Origin: a virus
Virus record (IMG/VR): IMGVR_UViG_3300012178_000001
Span: 1-64,000 of that record
DNA length: 64,000 nucleotides
Direction: 5' to 3' (one strand)
Under the pieces are notes generated by a model. The model made no database searches. It worked only from the letters and a program-made list of their open reading frames with translations, and had not been told where the DNA came from. Positions 1 to 10,074 of the stretch are shown here, piece by piece. Each line of letters starts with the position of its first letter. Position 1 is the first letter of the stretch. Both the position numbers and the translations under genes were made by a program.

Positions 1-25
1 AATTTATTTTAATATGATATCTAAT

Positions 26-42
26 TATATATTATTATAGTG
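26..42 (+). promoter_or_regulatory. Early-type phage promoter TATATTAT-N5-TG (second copy at 178-194)
   Basis: Same motif recurs upstream of non-structural genes across the window; resembles the phiKZ early motif TATATTAC. Confidence 0.55.
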
Positions 43-260
43 ATAATAATTATAATAATTTTAATTTTACTTATATTTAATACAATAAGTATTGTTATTA
101 ATATATTGTATATAGTCAAATTTAATCTATCACAGGTACTAAATATGGTTATATTTAAAGTTATTATAGTTTTTAATTATATATTATTTAAATGAAGTTA
201 TAAGGATAATTATAAGTAAATAAATACTTATAAAAGATTAATGAGGAGGATGTTATAATT

Positions 261-875
261 ATGGCACTAAAGAAGAATATTAAAAAGAAGTCATTTTCAC
301 CTAAGGAAGTAAACAAGAAGGTAGTTAAGAAGAAAGTAGTAAAGAAAGCACCTGTAAAGAAGCCAGTTGAAAAGGAAGAAGTAGTTGAAGAAGAAATGAC
401 TTCTGAAGAAGAAATCGTTGAGAAAGAAACAACTGTTAAGAAGAAGGTTGATTTAACTAATGAACCTGAAGTAGATATGTCTCAATTTGAAATTCCAGAA
501 GAAGGCACATGTACAAAGGCACAATTCTTACACAACTTTGCTGAGAGATTAAATGATGCAGGTATTGGAGTTAATAAGAGAGTTGCTGGAGATATCATGG
601 AAGTATACAGTACATTATTAAAAGATGTTATTTCAGGGTGTTCTTACAAAGATACTGTATTAGGTGCAGCTTACAAGAATAAGTATGTTGATTTACGTGC
701 GTATGGTTCTAACTTAGAAAAGGTCGAACATGATACATTAGTATTCCCACATAACCGTGTTGAATTACGTATAGAATATGTTAATGTAGACCCAGAAGAT
801 TTAAAAGTTAAAGGTAAATATGACAAAGAAAAAGGAATTTTCACTACACTTGAAGGTGAAGAATATGAAGTTTAG
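261..875 (+). CDS. HU/IHF-like DNA-binding protein with Lys-rich then acidic N-terminal extension
   Basis: GAGGAGG RBS; segment TKAQFLHNFAERL...NKRVAGDIMEVYSTLLKDVI...LGAAYKNKYVDLRAYGSN...TLVFPHNRVELR follows the HU helix-helix-beta-arm pattern; K-rich first ~37 aa. Confidence 0.55.
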   Translation: MALKKNIKKKSFSPKEVNKKVVKKKVVKKAPVKKPVEKEEVVEEEMTSEEEIVEKETTVKKKVDLTNEPEVDMSQFEIPEEGTCTKAQFLHNFAERLNDAGIGVNKRVAGDIMEVYSTLLKDVISGCSYKDTVLGAAYKNKYVDLRAYGSNLEKVEHDTLVFPHNRVELRIEYVNVDPEDLKVKGKYDKEKGIFTTLEGEEYEV

Positions 876-912
876 AATCAATAGATTCTAAATAAATCAT
901 TATATAAATTTT

Positions 913-949
913 AACACGAGATACTACTATATTAGTGGTATCTCGTGTT
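913..949 (+). terminator. Hairpin downstream of HU-like gene (probable terminator)
   Basis: AACACGAGATACTACTA / TAGTGGTATCTCGTGTT inverted repeat. Confidence 0.6.
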
Positions 950-1160
950 CATAATAAAGTAGTCTATCCACACAATCGTAAATAAACGAAACGATCGAAT
1001 AAAGTGGTAGACGTAACATAGTTGTATATCAACATCCTTTAACCAGCTATTATGTTGGGAATCTTTATCAATGTTAATTAAAACCTTTTAATCTAGTTAA
1101 CAAATTGATACTATCTTAAGTATATAATTTTTCAAATTAGGATAGACTACTTTATTATGA
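949..1160. other. Structured element with perfect 21-bp terminal inverted repeats (ncRNA or MITE)
   Basis: TCATAATAAAGTAGTCTATCC (949-969) is the exact reverse complement of 1140-1160; internal hairpins at 975-995, 1015-1056 and 1066-1110. Confidence 0.6.
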
Positions 1161-1227
1161 TGTTAATTCATCATACGAGTTACGCTTATATACTATAATG
1201 CTACCACGCCTTGTATGTATATAGTTA

Positions 1228-1265
1228 AATACCTACCACCCACATACGGTAGGTATTTTTTTTTT
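1228..1265 (+). terminator. Rho-independent terminator
   Basis: AAATACCTACC-loop-GGTAGGTATTT followed by a long T tract. Confidence 0.75.
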
Positions 1266-1294
1266 GATTATTTTTCATATAATCGTTATACTAT

Positions 1295-1306
1295 AACAAT
1301 AGATTA
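1295..1306 (+). promoter_or_regulatory. Late-type promoter AACA-N6-TA
   Basis: AACAATAGATTA upstream of the tape-measure gene; matches the AR9 late consensus. Confidence 0.65.
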
Positions 1307-1359
1307 ATTAAATTGAGATATCGGATATACATATAAATAAATAGTTAAAGAAAGGGGCA

Positions 1360-4300
1360 ATGTGTCATATGAGTGTAATAAAAAATTTAGGTAAGTCGTT
1401 CCTATACTCTATTCCAAGTGCGTTAGGTACAGTAATGCCTACTGTTGCTGATTATAAAAGAAATATAAGCCTTCCCCAGCAGTCTAGAAAGATGATGATA
1501 GACCATCGCAGATTAGTTGAACGTGGTATGACTAAGTGGGATGATACTGGCGGAAACTTGATGAAGAATTTAAAGAATGACATAAAGAATGGTACTAGTG
1601 ATAATGATACTAGTGATTTTTTTGATGATGGTTTTGATGATGACTTCGATTTTGAAGATGATGTTAGTGAAACTACTACATCAGATGGTGGAACCAATAT
1701 ACAGTCAAATAAAATAATAAAAGACAATCGGAAGACTATGAATCAAGTTAATATAAATGGACCCGACACTGAAGTTGTTGCTAATGAAATGAAGAAGCAA
1801 TCAGGATTAAATATATTATTGAATGATAATATACTAAGATCTATGTCAGTTATGTCAGAGCAGATGAATCAAATAAATCAATTCAATCAAGAAGCTACAC
1901 TTACTCATTATCAAAAGACTGGTAAGTACAGAGCTGCAATGGTTGGAAACATGGCAGATATAAATAATAAGTTAGAAAAGCTAGTAGATTTACAAACTAG
2001 TAGAAATAAATTTATGGGTACTGATGAAGATGAAAGTATTGAAAGAAGAAAATCTCAGTTTGATAGAGTTATAAGTTATAATGGTCAAATGAGCTTTAGT
2101 AATTATATGAGTGAAGTAGTTAAGAATGCTAAAAGCGGTGGTGGAATGTTCGGTATGCTGTTAGAAGAAGTAATAGCTAATCCACTTAAGTTTGTAATGG
2201 AAGAAACTATTAATGCTGTAATACCGCAAAGTTTTAAAGACTCTATGAAAAACTTAGATGATATTATTAAAGGACTTCCTTCCGCATTTATATTAAAAAT
2301 GAATGATTGGGCATTAGAGGACAATCCATTTAAGAAATTCTTAGGTGGAATGTTAGGACTATCTACTGGTTGGTCTAATGAGCCTAAATCAGATATATAT
2401 AAAAAGGGTAGTACTAGTTTTGATGGTGTTACTAGAAAAGCTATAACAGAAGTTATACCTACATTATTATCTAAAATTCACAGTGCAATATCAGGTCAAA
2501 AAGAAATGGTATATGACTATGAAGAAGGTGTATTTCGTGGTAAGCAAAAATTATTAGATGACCGTAAAGATAGTATTCGAAACATAATGAGTGGAAGAGA
2601 CGAAGACAAATTAGAAGTGTATAATGGTATCCTTAAGGATAAAGGGATAACTGCCGATTCTGAATTAGGAAAGTCATTAAGAAATGATATAGATAAGATA
2701 TTAGACGGTTATAATATGAGAGGTAAAAGTCCTGATAAAGCATTGACTAAGAAGCATATAGACGGTTCATTAAATAATTCGACATCAGTAGATATGGTTA
2801 ACAGTTTAATTCAAGATAATCCTGAACTAGCTATGAAGATATCATCATCCATAGTTGGGGCACAGGACTCATATAAAGATTTCTTATTTAAAGAAGGCTC
2901 TAGTGTAGATTTTGCAGATAGTGGTATAATGCAGGCACTTAATGATAGACAACTTAAAAAGGATTTTAATAGTACTAGAGATACTAAAAATTCTACATTC
3001 TATGATAAGAAGAATAAGAAAGATGATAAAGACAAATCCGTAAGTGAATTCATGAATGATATATTTTCATCTGATAACAAATTTACCGATAAAGCTAAGA
3101 AATTATTATCAGTACCATTTAAGGCATTAGAAAGAGGTGCTGATAAGGCATCTAAATCATTAGCTAACGTTTTCTTTGGAAATGATAAGAATAGAGAGAA
3201 GGATGACGGTTTATTTAACTCGATAGGTAAAAAGTTTAATGAGTCTATATTTAAGCCACTAAATAAATTAATGTTTGGTGACAAAGATAGTAATGGGAAT
3301 GTACCATCTGACTCAATATTTGATAAAGGTATATTCACATCTGTTAAGGAATGGTTTAGTGACTATCTAGTAAACCCTACTAAGAATTTCTTATTCAGTG
3401 AGCAAGAGATGGATGCTAAAGGAAATATCATTAAGAGTGGTGGAGTAATAACAAGATTTAAGAATAATGTAAGCAATATCTCTGCAAATATATCTGAATC
3501 ATTATTTGGTGAAAATGGATATGCTGATAGTGTTAAAGAAAAAGGTATGGGAATATTAGAGTCATTTAGAGAAAATATGATTAACTATGGAAATAAAGTA
3601 GAACAGTATTTATTTGGGGAACTAGACTCAGATGGTAATCGTGTAGCTAGTGGTGTTATTAATGAAGAAGTTAAGACTAGTTTAGCACATGCTACTGCAG
3701 GTTCTTTATTAGGCTCAATGTTTATACCAGGGTATGGTAAGGTAATTGGTGCTGTTGCAGGCTATGTGCATGGAATGGATAATGTTCAGGAATACTTATA
3801 TGACAAAGATGATGGTTTATTCTATAAATGGGGAAGAAACTTTAAGCAATTCTTCGTAGGTGAAGAAGAACTTGACTCTGAAGGTAATGTTATTAAGAAA
3901 CGTGGTATACTGAAAAATGCACAAGATACTATAACTGACAATATTATAAATCCTGCTAAGAATTATTTATTTGGGGAAGAATATGAGAAAGATGGTAAGT
4001 TATTTAGATCTGGTGGATTTGTTGATGAAGTTAAGATAAAGACTTCTGAACTATTTGAAAAGGGTAAATTATTCCTTTTAGGTGATGAAGATAATGAAGG
4101 TTTATTCTCATCAGCAATAACATATACACGAGAAAATATCTATGAACCAATTAAGAGAACTATATTTGACACATTTGATGACTTAAGAACTTTTATGACT
4201 GAAGAAGTATTTAATCCAATTAAGAAATCTATGAGACCATTTTGGGAAGAGTTTAAAGTTCAGATGGGTAATTTCAAAGATTGGGGTTCAAGTGTAATAA

Positions 4301-7300
4301 AGCATATGGCAGATAATTTAAATGAAAGTTTTGCTAAATACTATGGTACTACTTTCTCTGAAACATTCCATGAGAAAATAGTAGAGCCAATGAGTGATGC
4401 ATTAGACACAATTAAGAACTCTTTAATTAATATATTTAAGTCAATGTTTAAATTACCAGTGAGTATTATAAAGGATGCTAGTGAAAGCCTAAGAAATAAG
4501 CATAGAGGAATGAACTTAGCATATGCAGGAAGTGCATTAACTGGTGAATCAGATGACTTAGGAATAGAAGTTGATAAGAAGGGTAATGGAATACTAAACT
4601 TCATGAGTAAAGAAGCAAGAGCAAGACGTAAAGCTGAAAGAAAAGAACGTAAGAAGGCAGATAGTATAGAAAAGTCTTCTAAAGAGCGTGAGGCAACTAA
4701 TATAAAGACAACTGCTGAAAAATCTTCTGAGATTGCTACACATACTAAAAAGACTGCAGGACTAATGGAAAAGTTCTTAGGTGCATTTGGTATTGGAAGT
4801 AAAGGTAGTGGAAGTGGGAGTAATGGAATTAGTGCAAGTATACCTGATATATTAATGGGTAATGGTTCTATATCTTCAGCAAATATCAATTCAAAAGCTA
4901 ATAAGAGTAATAAGAGTAAATTAGATGATTTAGAGTCTATACACTCAATAGAAAAACTTTCATCAATCAGTAGAAATACTGCAGGAACCAAGAAGTACAC
5001 TAAGAATATTGCATTATATTTAAGAAGAAAATTTGGTAATGTAGGCTTAGGTGGAAAGATGGAAGAGTTCGAAGAAAGTATTAAAGAAGGAAAAGGTTTC
5101 TTTGGTAAAGCATTTAAAATCATTTCATTCCCTTTTAAGTCAATGTCTAATGTTGCAGGACAGACAGTTAAATCAGTACAAGAAATGGGTAAAGGTTTAT
5201 GGAAGATTGCTAAATTACCTATGAAACTAGTATCACTTATTGGAGAAACTGTTAAAACTATAGGTCCAACTTTAGCTAAGGGAATAGGTAAAGGATTGAA
5301 TGTTGCAGTAGATGTAGTATCAGGAGCAATTAAATCTGCAGGTAATGTAATCAGTTCAATGGCAGATAATTTAACTAAGATTACTACTAGTATACTAGAT
5401 AATGCAACAAAACTAGCACAGTCAATTGGCAAAGTAGTTACTGGAGTTACTAAAATGGCTATGGATATAATCCCATCAGTTCTTAGAGGACTAGGCGGAT
5501 TAGGTAAATCTATGATTGACATGGCTACATCACCTTTTAGATGGATGGCTTCTAGAAAGGGAAAAGACGGTAAAGACGGTAAATCAATAACTAAAAAGAT
5601 TAAAGATAAAATTATGAATGTAAGAATTGTAGATATAGTACCACAACCTCCAACAAAAGCACTACCATTCTATGAGACAGAAATGCCTAAGTTGGGTTCT
5701 GGATTTATAGGTGCACCTGTTGTATCCTTTGTTGATAAAATTAAGGCATTTATGAGCAATTTATTTAAAGGTGGAGAGAGTGGAGAAGAAAAAGAAGGTA
5801 TATTTGCAAAAGTAAAGAACTTCATAAAAGCACCATTCGGAAAGTTTAAAGAAAAGTTTACTGAGAAGACTGGTAAAATAGCTAGAGACTCTGTGATTAA
5901 TGGAGTCCATATTATGAAAGAAGATGGCTCACTAGATGAAGTTATGGGAGACGTCGTAGATAGTTCACTAGGTATAATTAAAGACAAAACTATAGGTAGA
6001 GCTAAGCGTGGTATTAAGAATGTATATGATAAAACTATAGGTGGAGGAGTGGCTAAGATTAAAGGCTCTGCATCTAAATTACGTAATAAAATTAATACTA
6101 AGCTTGAAGAAGCTAGAGAAAGAAAGCGTAAGAAAAAAGAATTAAATTACGCTAAAAATACAGCTACTAATACTGGTGAGATTTCTAAGAGTCAGAATAA
6201 GTTTACTAAATTATTAACAACACTATTTCCAATATTATTAACTGCATTGTCAAGTCTTGCAGGTTTATTTGCAGGTACTAAAATTGCAGAGTTTGGTGGA
6301 CGTATAGTTGAATTTGTTAGTTCTAACTTCTTGGATCCAATTAAGGATGGAATAGTTGGAATGTTTAAGACTATTGGTAAAGGATTCTCATGGTTAGGCG
6401 GTGCTATAAAGAGTAAGCTTATTTCATTAGGTGGTAAAGCAAAAAGCCTTGCAGTAGGAGGTTTAAGTAAAATTGGAATGGGTGGATCTGCAGTAGCAGG
6501 TGCAGGAGTATTAGCAGGTGTGGGTACTGGTTTGGCATTAATGAAAAATGATTTCGACCAATCAACCGCTAGAGATGAAAAAGGTATGAAACGTATAGGT
6601 GCAATGATTGCAGGACATACTGGAGACTCATTTGGCGGTATGATGAAGAATGCTGGTAAACAAGCACTTAAGTATGGTGCAATAGGTGCTGGTTTAGGAC
6701 TAGCGGGTGGACCGTTTGCCCCAATATCAGTTCCATTAGGTGGATTAATAGGTTCAATAGGTGGATTTACTGCAGGTATATTTGGTAATGACCCTAAAGA
6801 ATCCATAGACACTATACGTAATGGTGTTGGTGTTGTTAAAGACTTCGTAGCTAGAAATATGGACAAGATAGAAGGAACAATGAGATTTATAGTTAACCCA
6901 GTAGGAGAGTTATTAGGAAGTTTTTTCAATGATGGAAGTGAGAAGTCATTTATCCAAAAAGGTATTTATAAAGGTTGGGTAGTATTCTCAGATAAGTTAT
7001 TTGGATTCGCTGACAGGCTCACTGGTGGATTATTATCCAAGATTGAACAGAATCCTTTATTCCGTACCCTAGCAGGTGGAGTAATGATGATTGGTGATGT
7101 TCTTTCCAAAGGACTAAAAGTTTTAGGAGACCTTAAGATGGGTGCATTAAAATTATTAGGACTTGGTGTTAAAAGAGCAATAGAACTACCTGGAAAGATT
7201 ATAAAGGGAATATTCGATTTTGGAGGTTGGATAGGTGGAAAGATAGGAGACTTAGCTAGTAAATTCTTCGGTGAAGGTAGTATGATTGGAGGATTAGTTA

Positions 7301-8565
7301 GGTCAATAAAGAGTTTCATCAGTCCAATGGTTGATGCTGTAAATGCAATACTTGATAAATTTAATATAGGTAAACGTATTAAGAAAACTGCTAGTAATAT
7401 TAAAGATGGTGCTGTTAATCTTAAGGATAATGCTATTGATTGGGTAACAGACTCCACACAGGCATTTAGAGATAGATATGGTAAAAGCTCAGATAATCGT
7501 AGTGCAGTATTAAATGCACCAGAGAGTAAAGACCCAAGTGAAGTGGCAGGTATGTACACACAATACAGTCAGGCACGTAAATCTCAAATGACTGCTGAAG
7601 AATATGGTATGGTTAATACTCAAGATAACAACTCATATTCTAGTGGAGGATTAAGTAACATACCAGTAGACCTTAATAATGATATAGGTGCATGGTTAAT
7701 TCCTAATCCTAATATAAATGGTGGAAATATTAATCTTAGTGGTATTCACCCTGCATTATTAGCACGTTCTATAGCTTATGCTAAGTATAAAGGAACACCA
7801 TTAACGGTGAATTCGGGTTATAGAAGTATTGAGGAACAACGCAGATTATACAATGATCCTACTATAAGAGCGGCTAGACCTGGTAGTAGTTGGCATAACT
7901 TTGGTGGTGCAATTGATATAAATGGCTTAAGTGGTGAATCAGATTCAGTATTAAATAAATTTGGTTTAAGTAGACCAGTATCTGGAGAGTCATGGCATGT
8001 GGAACCTTCTGAATTACGTCAGGAGAATGCTAGTAGAAGTGCTTCAGGTGTTGTAAATGCTCTAAAGAATGCTCCAACAACTGCATATAGTGAAACTGAA
8101 GGATATTCTACGGTGGAAGGAAAATCTACAGATTGGTTAAGTATGATAGGTGATTCTTCAGATAGTGATATGGATTATGTAAATAGTATGGCTAATATGA
8201 GCACTACAACTAATAGAACTAATCAAGCAACAACAATGGCGACAACTGGAACGTATACAGGTCAAGATTCTTCAAATAGTGAGATAGTTGAGTTACTACG
8301 CTCTATTAAAGAAAGTAATGAAGTTATTGCTGAGAAAGATATTAAATTTGAAGAAAAAGAGGGAAAGAGTGTTAAGTTAGATAACGAAACAATAGAGAAG
8401 TTAAGTGAAGCTATTGGTGGTAAATCTGAATCAGTTAGTGTAAGTTCTAACAACAATTCTGAAAATATTTTTAATCCTAATGCCAGTGTAGGAACAGATT
8501 TAATGAGTAAGATACGTGGGATGAAGATAACCAAGAATACAGACTTAATAGCTAAAGGTGTATAA
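1360..8565 (+). CDS. Tape-measure-like virion protein with C-terminal M15 (VanY-like) peptidoglycan peptidase
   Basis: 2401 aa, helical and Gly/Ala-rich with hydrophobic segments; C-terminal SGYRS..EQ..LY...ARPGSSWHNFGGAIDI...ESWHVE Zn-peptidase motifs; adjacent to baseplate genes. Confidence 0.75.
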   Translation: MCHMSVIKNLGKSFLYSIPSALGTVMPTVADYKRNISLPQQSRKMMIDHRRLVERGMTKWDDTGGNLMKNLKNDIKNGTSDNDTSDFFDDGFDDDFDFEDDVSETTTSDGGTNIQSNKIIKDNRKTMNQVNINGPDTEVVANEMKKQSGLNILLNDNILRSMSVMSEQMNQINQFNQEATLTHYQKTGKYRAAMVGNMADINNKLEKLVDLQTSRNKFMGTDEDESIERRKSQFDRVISYNGQMSFSNYMSEVVKNAKSGGGMFGMLLEEVIANPLKFVMEETINAVIPQSFKDSMKNLDDIIKGLPSAFILKMNDWALEDNPFKKFLGGMLGLSTGWSNEPKSDIYKKGSTSFDGVTRKAITEVIPTLLSKIHSAISGQKEMVYDYEEGVFRGKQKLLDDRKDSIRNIMSGRDEDKLEVYNGILKDKGITADSELGKSLRNDIDKILDGYNMRGKSPDKALTKKHIDGSLNNSTSVDMVNSLIQDNPELAMKISSSIVGAQDSYKDFLFKEGSSVDFADSGIMQALNDRQLKKDFNSTRDTKNSTFYDKKNKKDDKDKSVSEFMNDIFSSDNKFTDKAKKLLSVPFKALERGADKASKSLANVFFGNDKNREKDDGLFNSIGKKFNESIFKPLNKLMFGDKDSNGNVPSDSIFDKGIFTSVKEWFSDYLVNPTKNFLFSEQEMDAKGNIIKSGGVITRFKNNVSNISANISESLFGENGYADSVKEKGMGILESFRENMINYGNKVEQYLFGELDSDGNRVASGVINEEVKTSLAHATAGSLLGSMFIPGYGKVIGAVAGYVHGMDNVQEYLYDKDDGLFYKWGRNFKQFFVGEEELDSEGNVIKKRGILKNAQDTITDNIINPAKNYLFGEEYEKDGKLFRSGGFVDEVKIKTSELFEKGKLFLLGDEDNEGLFSSAITYTRENIYEPIKRTIFDTFDDLRTFMTEEVFNPIKKSMRPFWEEFKVQMGNFKDWGSSVIKHMADNLNESFAKYYGTTFSETFHEKIVEPMSDALDTIKNSLINIFKSMFKLPVSIIKDASESLRNKHRGMNLAYAGSALTGESDDLGIEVDKKGNGILNFMSKEARARRKAERKERKKADSIEKSSKEREATNIKTTAEKSSEIATHTKKTAGLMEKFLGAFGIGSKGSGSGSNGISASIPDILMGNGSISSANINSKANKSNKSKLDDLESIHSIEKLSSISRNTAGTKKYTKNIALYLRRKFGNVGLGGKMEEFEESIKEGKGFFGKAFKIISFPFKSMSNVAGQTVKSVQEMGKGLWKIAKLPMKLVSLIGETVKTIGPTLAKGIGKGLNVAVDVVSGAIKSAGNVISSMADNLTKITTSILDNATKLAQSIGKVVTGVTKMAMDIIPSVLRGLGGLGKSMIDMATSPFRWMASRKGKDGKDGKSITKKIKDKIMNVRIVDIVPQPPTKALPFYETEMPKLGSGFIGAPVVSFVDKIKAFMSNLFKGGESGEEKEGIFAKVKNFIKAPFGKFKEKFTEKTGKIARDSVINGVHIMKEDGSLDEVMGDVVDSSLGIIKDKTIGRAKRGIKNVYDKTIGGGVAKIKGSASKLRNKINTKLEEARERKRKKKELNYAKNTATNTGEISKSQNKFTKLLTTLFPILLTALSSLAGLFAGTKIAEFGGRIVEFVSSNFLDPIKDGIVGMFKTIGKGFSWLGGAIKSKLISLGGKAKSLAVGGLSKIGMGGSAVAGAGVLAGVGTGLALMKNDFDQSTARDEKGMKRIGAMIAGHTGDSFGGMMKNAGKQALKYGAIGAGLGLAGGPFAPISVPLGGLIGSIGGFTAGIFGNDPKESIDTIRNGVGVVKDFVARNMDKIEGTMRFIVNPVGELLGSFFNDGSEKSFIQKGIYKGWVVFSDKLFGFADRLTGGLLSKIEQNPLFRTLAGGVMMIGDVLSKGLKVLGDLKMGALKLLGLGVKRAIELPGKIIKGIFDFGGWIGGKIGDLASKFFGEGSMIGGLVRSIKSFISPMVDAVNAILDKFNIGKRIKKTASNIKDGAVNLKDNAIDWVTDSTQAFRDRYGKSSDNRSAVLNAPESKDPSEVAGMYTQYSQARKSQMTAEEYGMVNTQDNNSYSSGGLSNIPVDLNNDIGAWLIPNPNINGGNINLSGIHPALLARSIAYAKYKGTPLTVNSGYRSIEEQRRLYNDPTIRAARPGSSWHNFGGAIDINGLSGESDSVLNKFGLSRPVSGESWHVEPSELRQENASRSASGVVNALKNAPTTAYSETEGYSTVEGKSTDWLSMIGDSSDSDMDYVNSMANMSTTTNRTNQATTMATTGTYTGQDSSNSEIVELLRSIKESNEVIAEKDIKFEEKEGKSVKLDNETIEKLSEAIGGKSESVSVSSNNNSENIFNPNASVGTDLMSKIRGMKITKNTDLIAKGV

Positions 8566-8582
8566 TAAGAGGAGGTTGATTT

Positions 8583-9968
8583 ATGGGAATATTCAGGAAA
8601 ATAGGAGATTTAGTAAATGATGTATCAGATGATGTATTAAGTACAGTAGTTTATTCGACTAACTCTAATAGTAAAGGTAGAGAACCATTTGATAGTCAAG
8701 AGTTTCTTGGTTTACCACCAAGTTTTATATCATCTGCAGACCCTAATAAACGTATTTATACTAGAACAATGATAGCAGACATGCCAATGGTTATGTTAAT
8801 TCCAGGGAAACCTATATTCTTTGCATATGATAAGGAATTTAAAAATGTCGCAAAGGATAAAGATCTTACTGAGAGTGAGATGTTGGAAAGTATGACTAAG
8901 TTTGATGATGGTGATGAAAGTGCAGTTATAGATTGGTTAAAGGAAAGTACCTCTAGTCCTTCAAATCAGGACTTGAGGTATTATTCTTTTCAAGCAGATT
9001 ATGCAGACTATTTTAAGTATGTAAATACTATGTTGAGTACATTAGCTGTAAAGATGGGTGTTAGTAATGGTTTATATACATTTAGTGATGATTTTCATAG
9101 TAAGTTATTAACAAATGGTCTTAAGTATTTTGTAGAGAAGAGTAGTTCAGTTACTGAAAGTGCAAATAATGTTTTTTCATCAAGTAAATTAGAAGGAATA
9201 ACTAAAGGTGCTTCTGGACTAATGAGAGAAATGAAATTCTTATTAGGTATTGATGGTGGTGGTGCTGGATTAAAAAATGATAATACAAACAGTAAAATGC
9301 AAGAAAAGGTAAAACAGCAATTAGATTCATTAACTGGTTCAGGATTTATAGATACTATGGCAGGTAATGTAGGTACAGTAATGGGAGGTGCAAATGTATT
9401 ATTCCCTGAAATATGGCAAGATAGTACATTTAGTAGAAATTACAACCTAACATTTAAATTTGCTAGCCCAAGTGGAGATAAGTATTCTATATTTAAATAT
9501 GTATATGTGCCTTTTATATCATTACTGGCAATGAGTTTACCTAGACAAAATAGTTTATCTGGTTATTATAGTCCATTCTTATTGAGAGTTGATTGTCCTG
9601 GTCACTTCTCCACAGATATGGGTGTATGTACTAGTTTAACCTATAAGAAAGGTGGAACTGATAAATTATTTAATAAAGATGGCTTACCTCTAGAAATAGA
9701 AGTAACAATGAGTCTAAAGGATTTATATCCTACACTTATAGCATCTAATTCATATAAAGTATTAAGACACAATCAAGGATTAGCTGGTTTTCTTGATAAT
9801 ATGGCAGGATTATCAGTAGAACGATTAAATGCACTAGATCTTGCTGGTGAGGCTATTAAATTAAAGATTGGGTCAATGAGTGGTGCAATAGATCATACAA
9901 CACAATCATTTAAACAATTAGGATATGATATATGGGGTAATAATGTAGAATCCATATTAACAAGATAG
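8583..9968 (+). CDS. Baseplate / tail-tube cap protein (T4 gp48-like)
   Basis: PEIWQDSTFSRNYNLTFKF, SPFLLRV, GLPLEIEVTMSLKDL pattern typical of the tube-cap fold; follows the tape measure. Confidence 0.5.
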   Translation: MGIFRKIGDLVNDVSDDVLSTVVYSTNSNSKGREPFDSQEFLGLPPSFISSADPNKRIYTRTMIADMPMVMLIPGKPIFFAYDKEFKNVAKDKDLTESEMLESMTKFDDGDESAVIDWLKESTSSPSNQDLRYYSFQADYADYFKYVNTMLSTLAVKMGVSNGLYTFSDDFHSKLLTNGLKYFVEKSSSVTESANNVFSSSKLEGITKGASGLMREMKFLLGIDGGGAGLKNDNTNSKMQEKVKQQLDSLTGSGFIDTMAGNVGTVMGGANVLFPEIWQDSTFSRNYNLTFKFASPSGDKYSIFKYVYVPFISLLAMSLPRQNSLSGYYSPFLLRVDCPGHFSTDMGVCTSLTYKKGGTDKLFNKDGLPLEIEVTMSLKDLYPTLIASNSYKVLRHNQGLAGFLDNMAGLSVERLNALDLAGEAIKLKIGSMSGAIDHTTQSFKQLGYDIWGNNVESILTR

Positions 9969-9975
9969 TATATAT

Positions 9976-10005
9976 AAACCTTACTTAACTGTAAGGTTTT
10001 TTTTT
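9976..10005 (+). terminator. Rho-independent terminator
   Basis: AAACCTTAC-ttaact-GTAAGGTTT plus T tract. Confidence 0.75.
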
Positions 10006-10074
10006 ATTTTAAACAATCTTTAACAATTATTTAATAAGAGTACATACTAGATTGTAAATAAAGGAGAAAATATT

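Noticed and set aside
949-1160. Complete retron
   Set aside because: The inverted-repeat layout is suggestive, but no reverse transcriptase (YxDD) is adjacent or in the window; kept only as an unexplained element
1452-8534. Long antisense ORFs (up to 393 aa) inside the tape-measure gene
   Set aside because: Ser/Leu/Pro/Ile-rich shadow frames caused by sense-strand codon bias; no RBS or promoter. The same applies to the other short opposite-strand ORFs in the track
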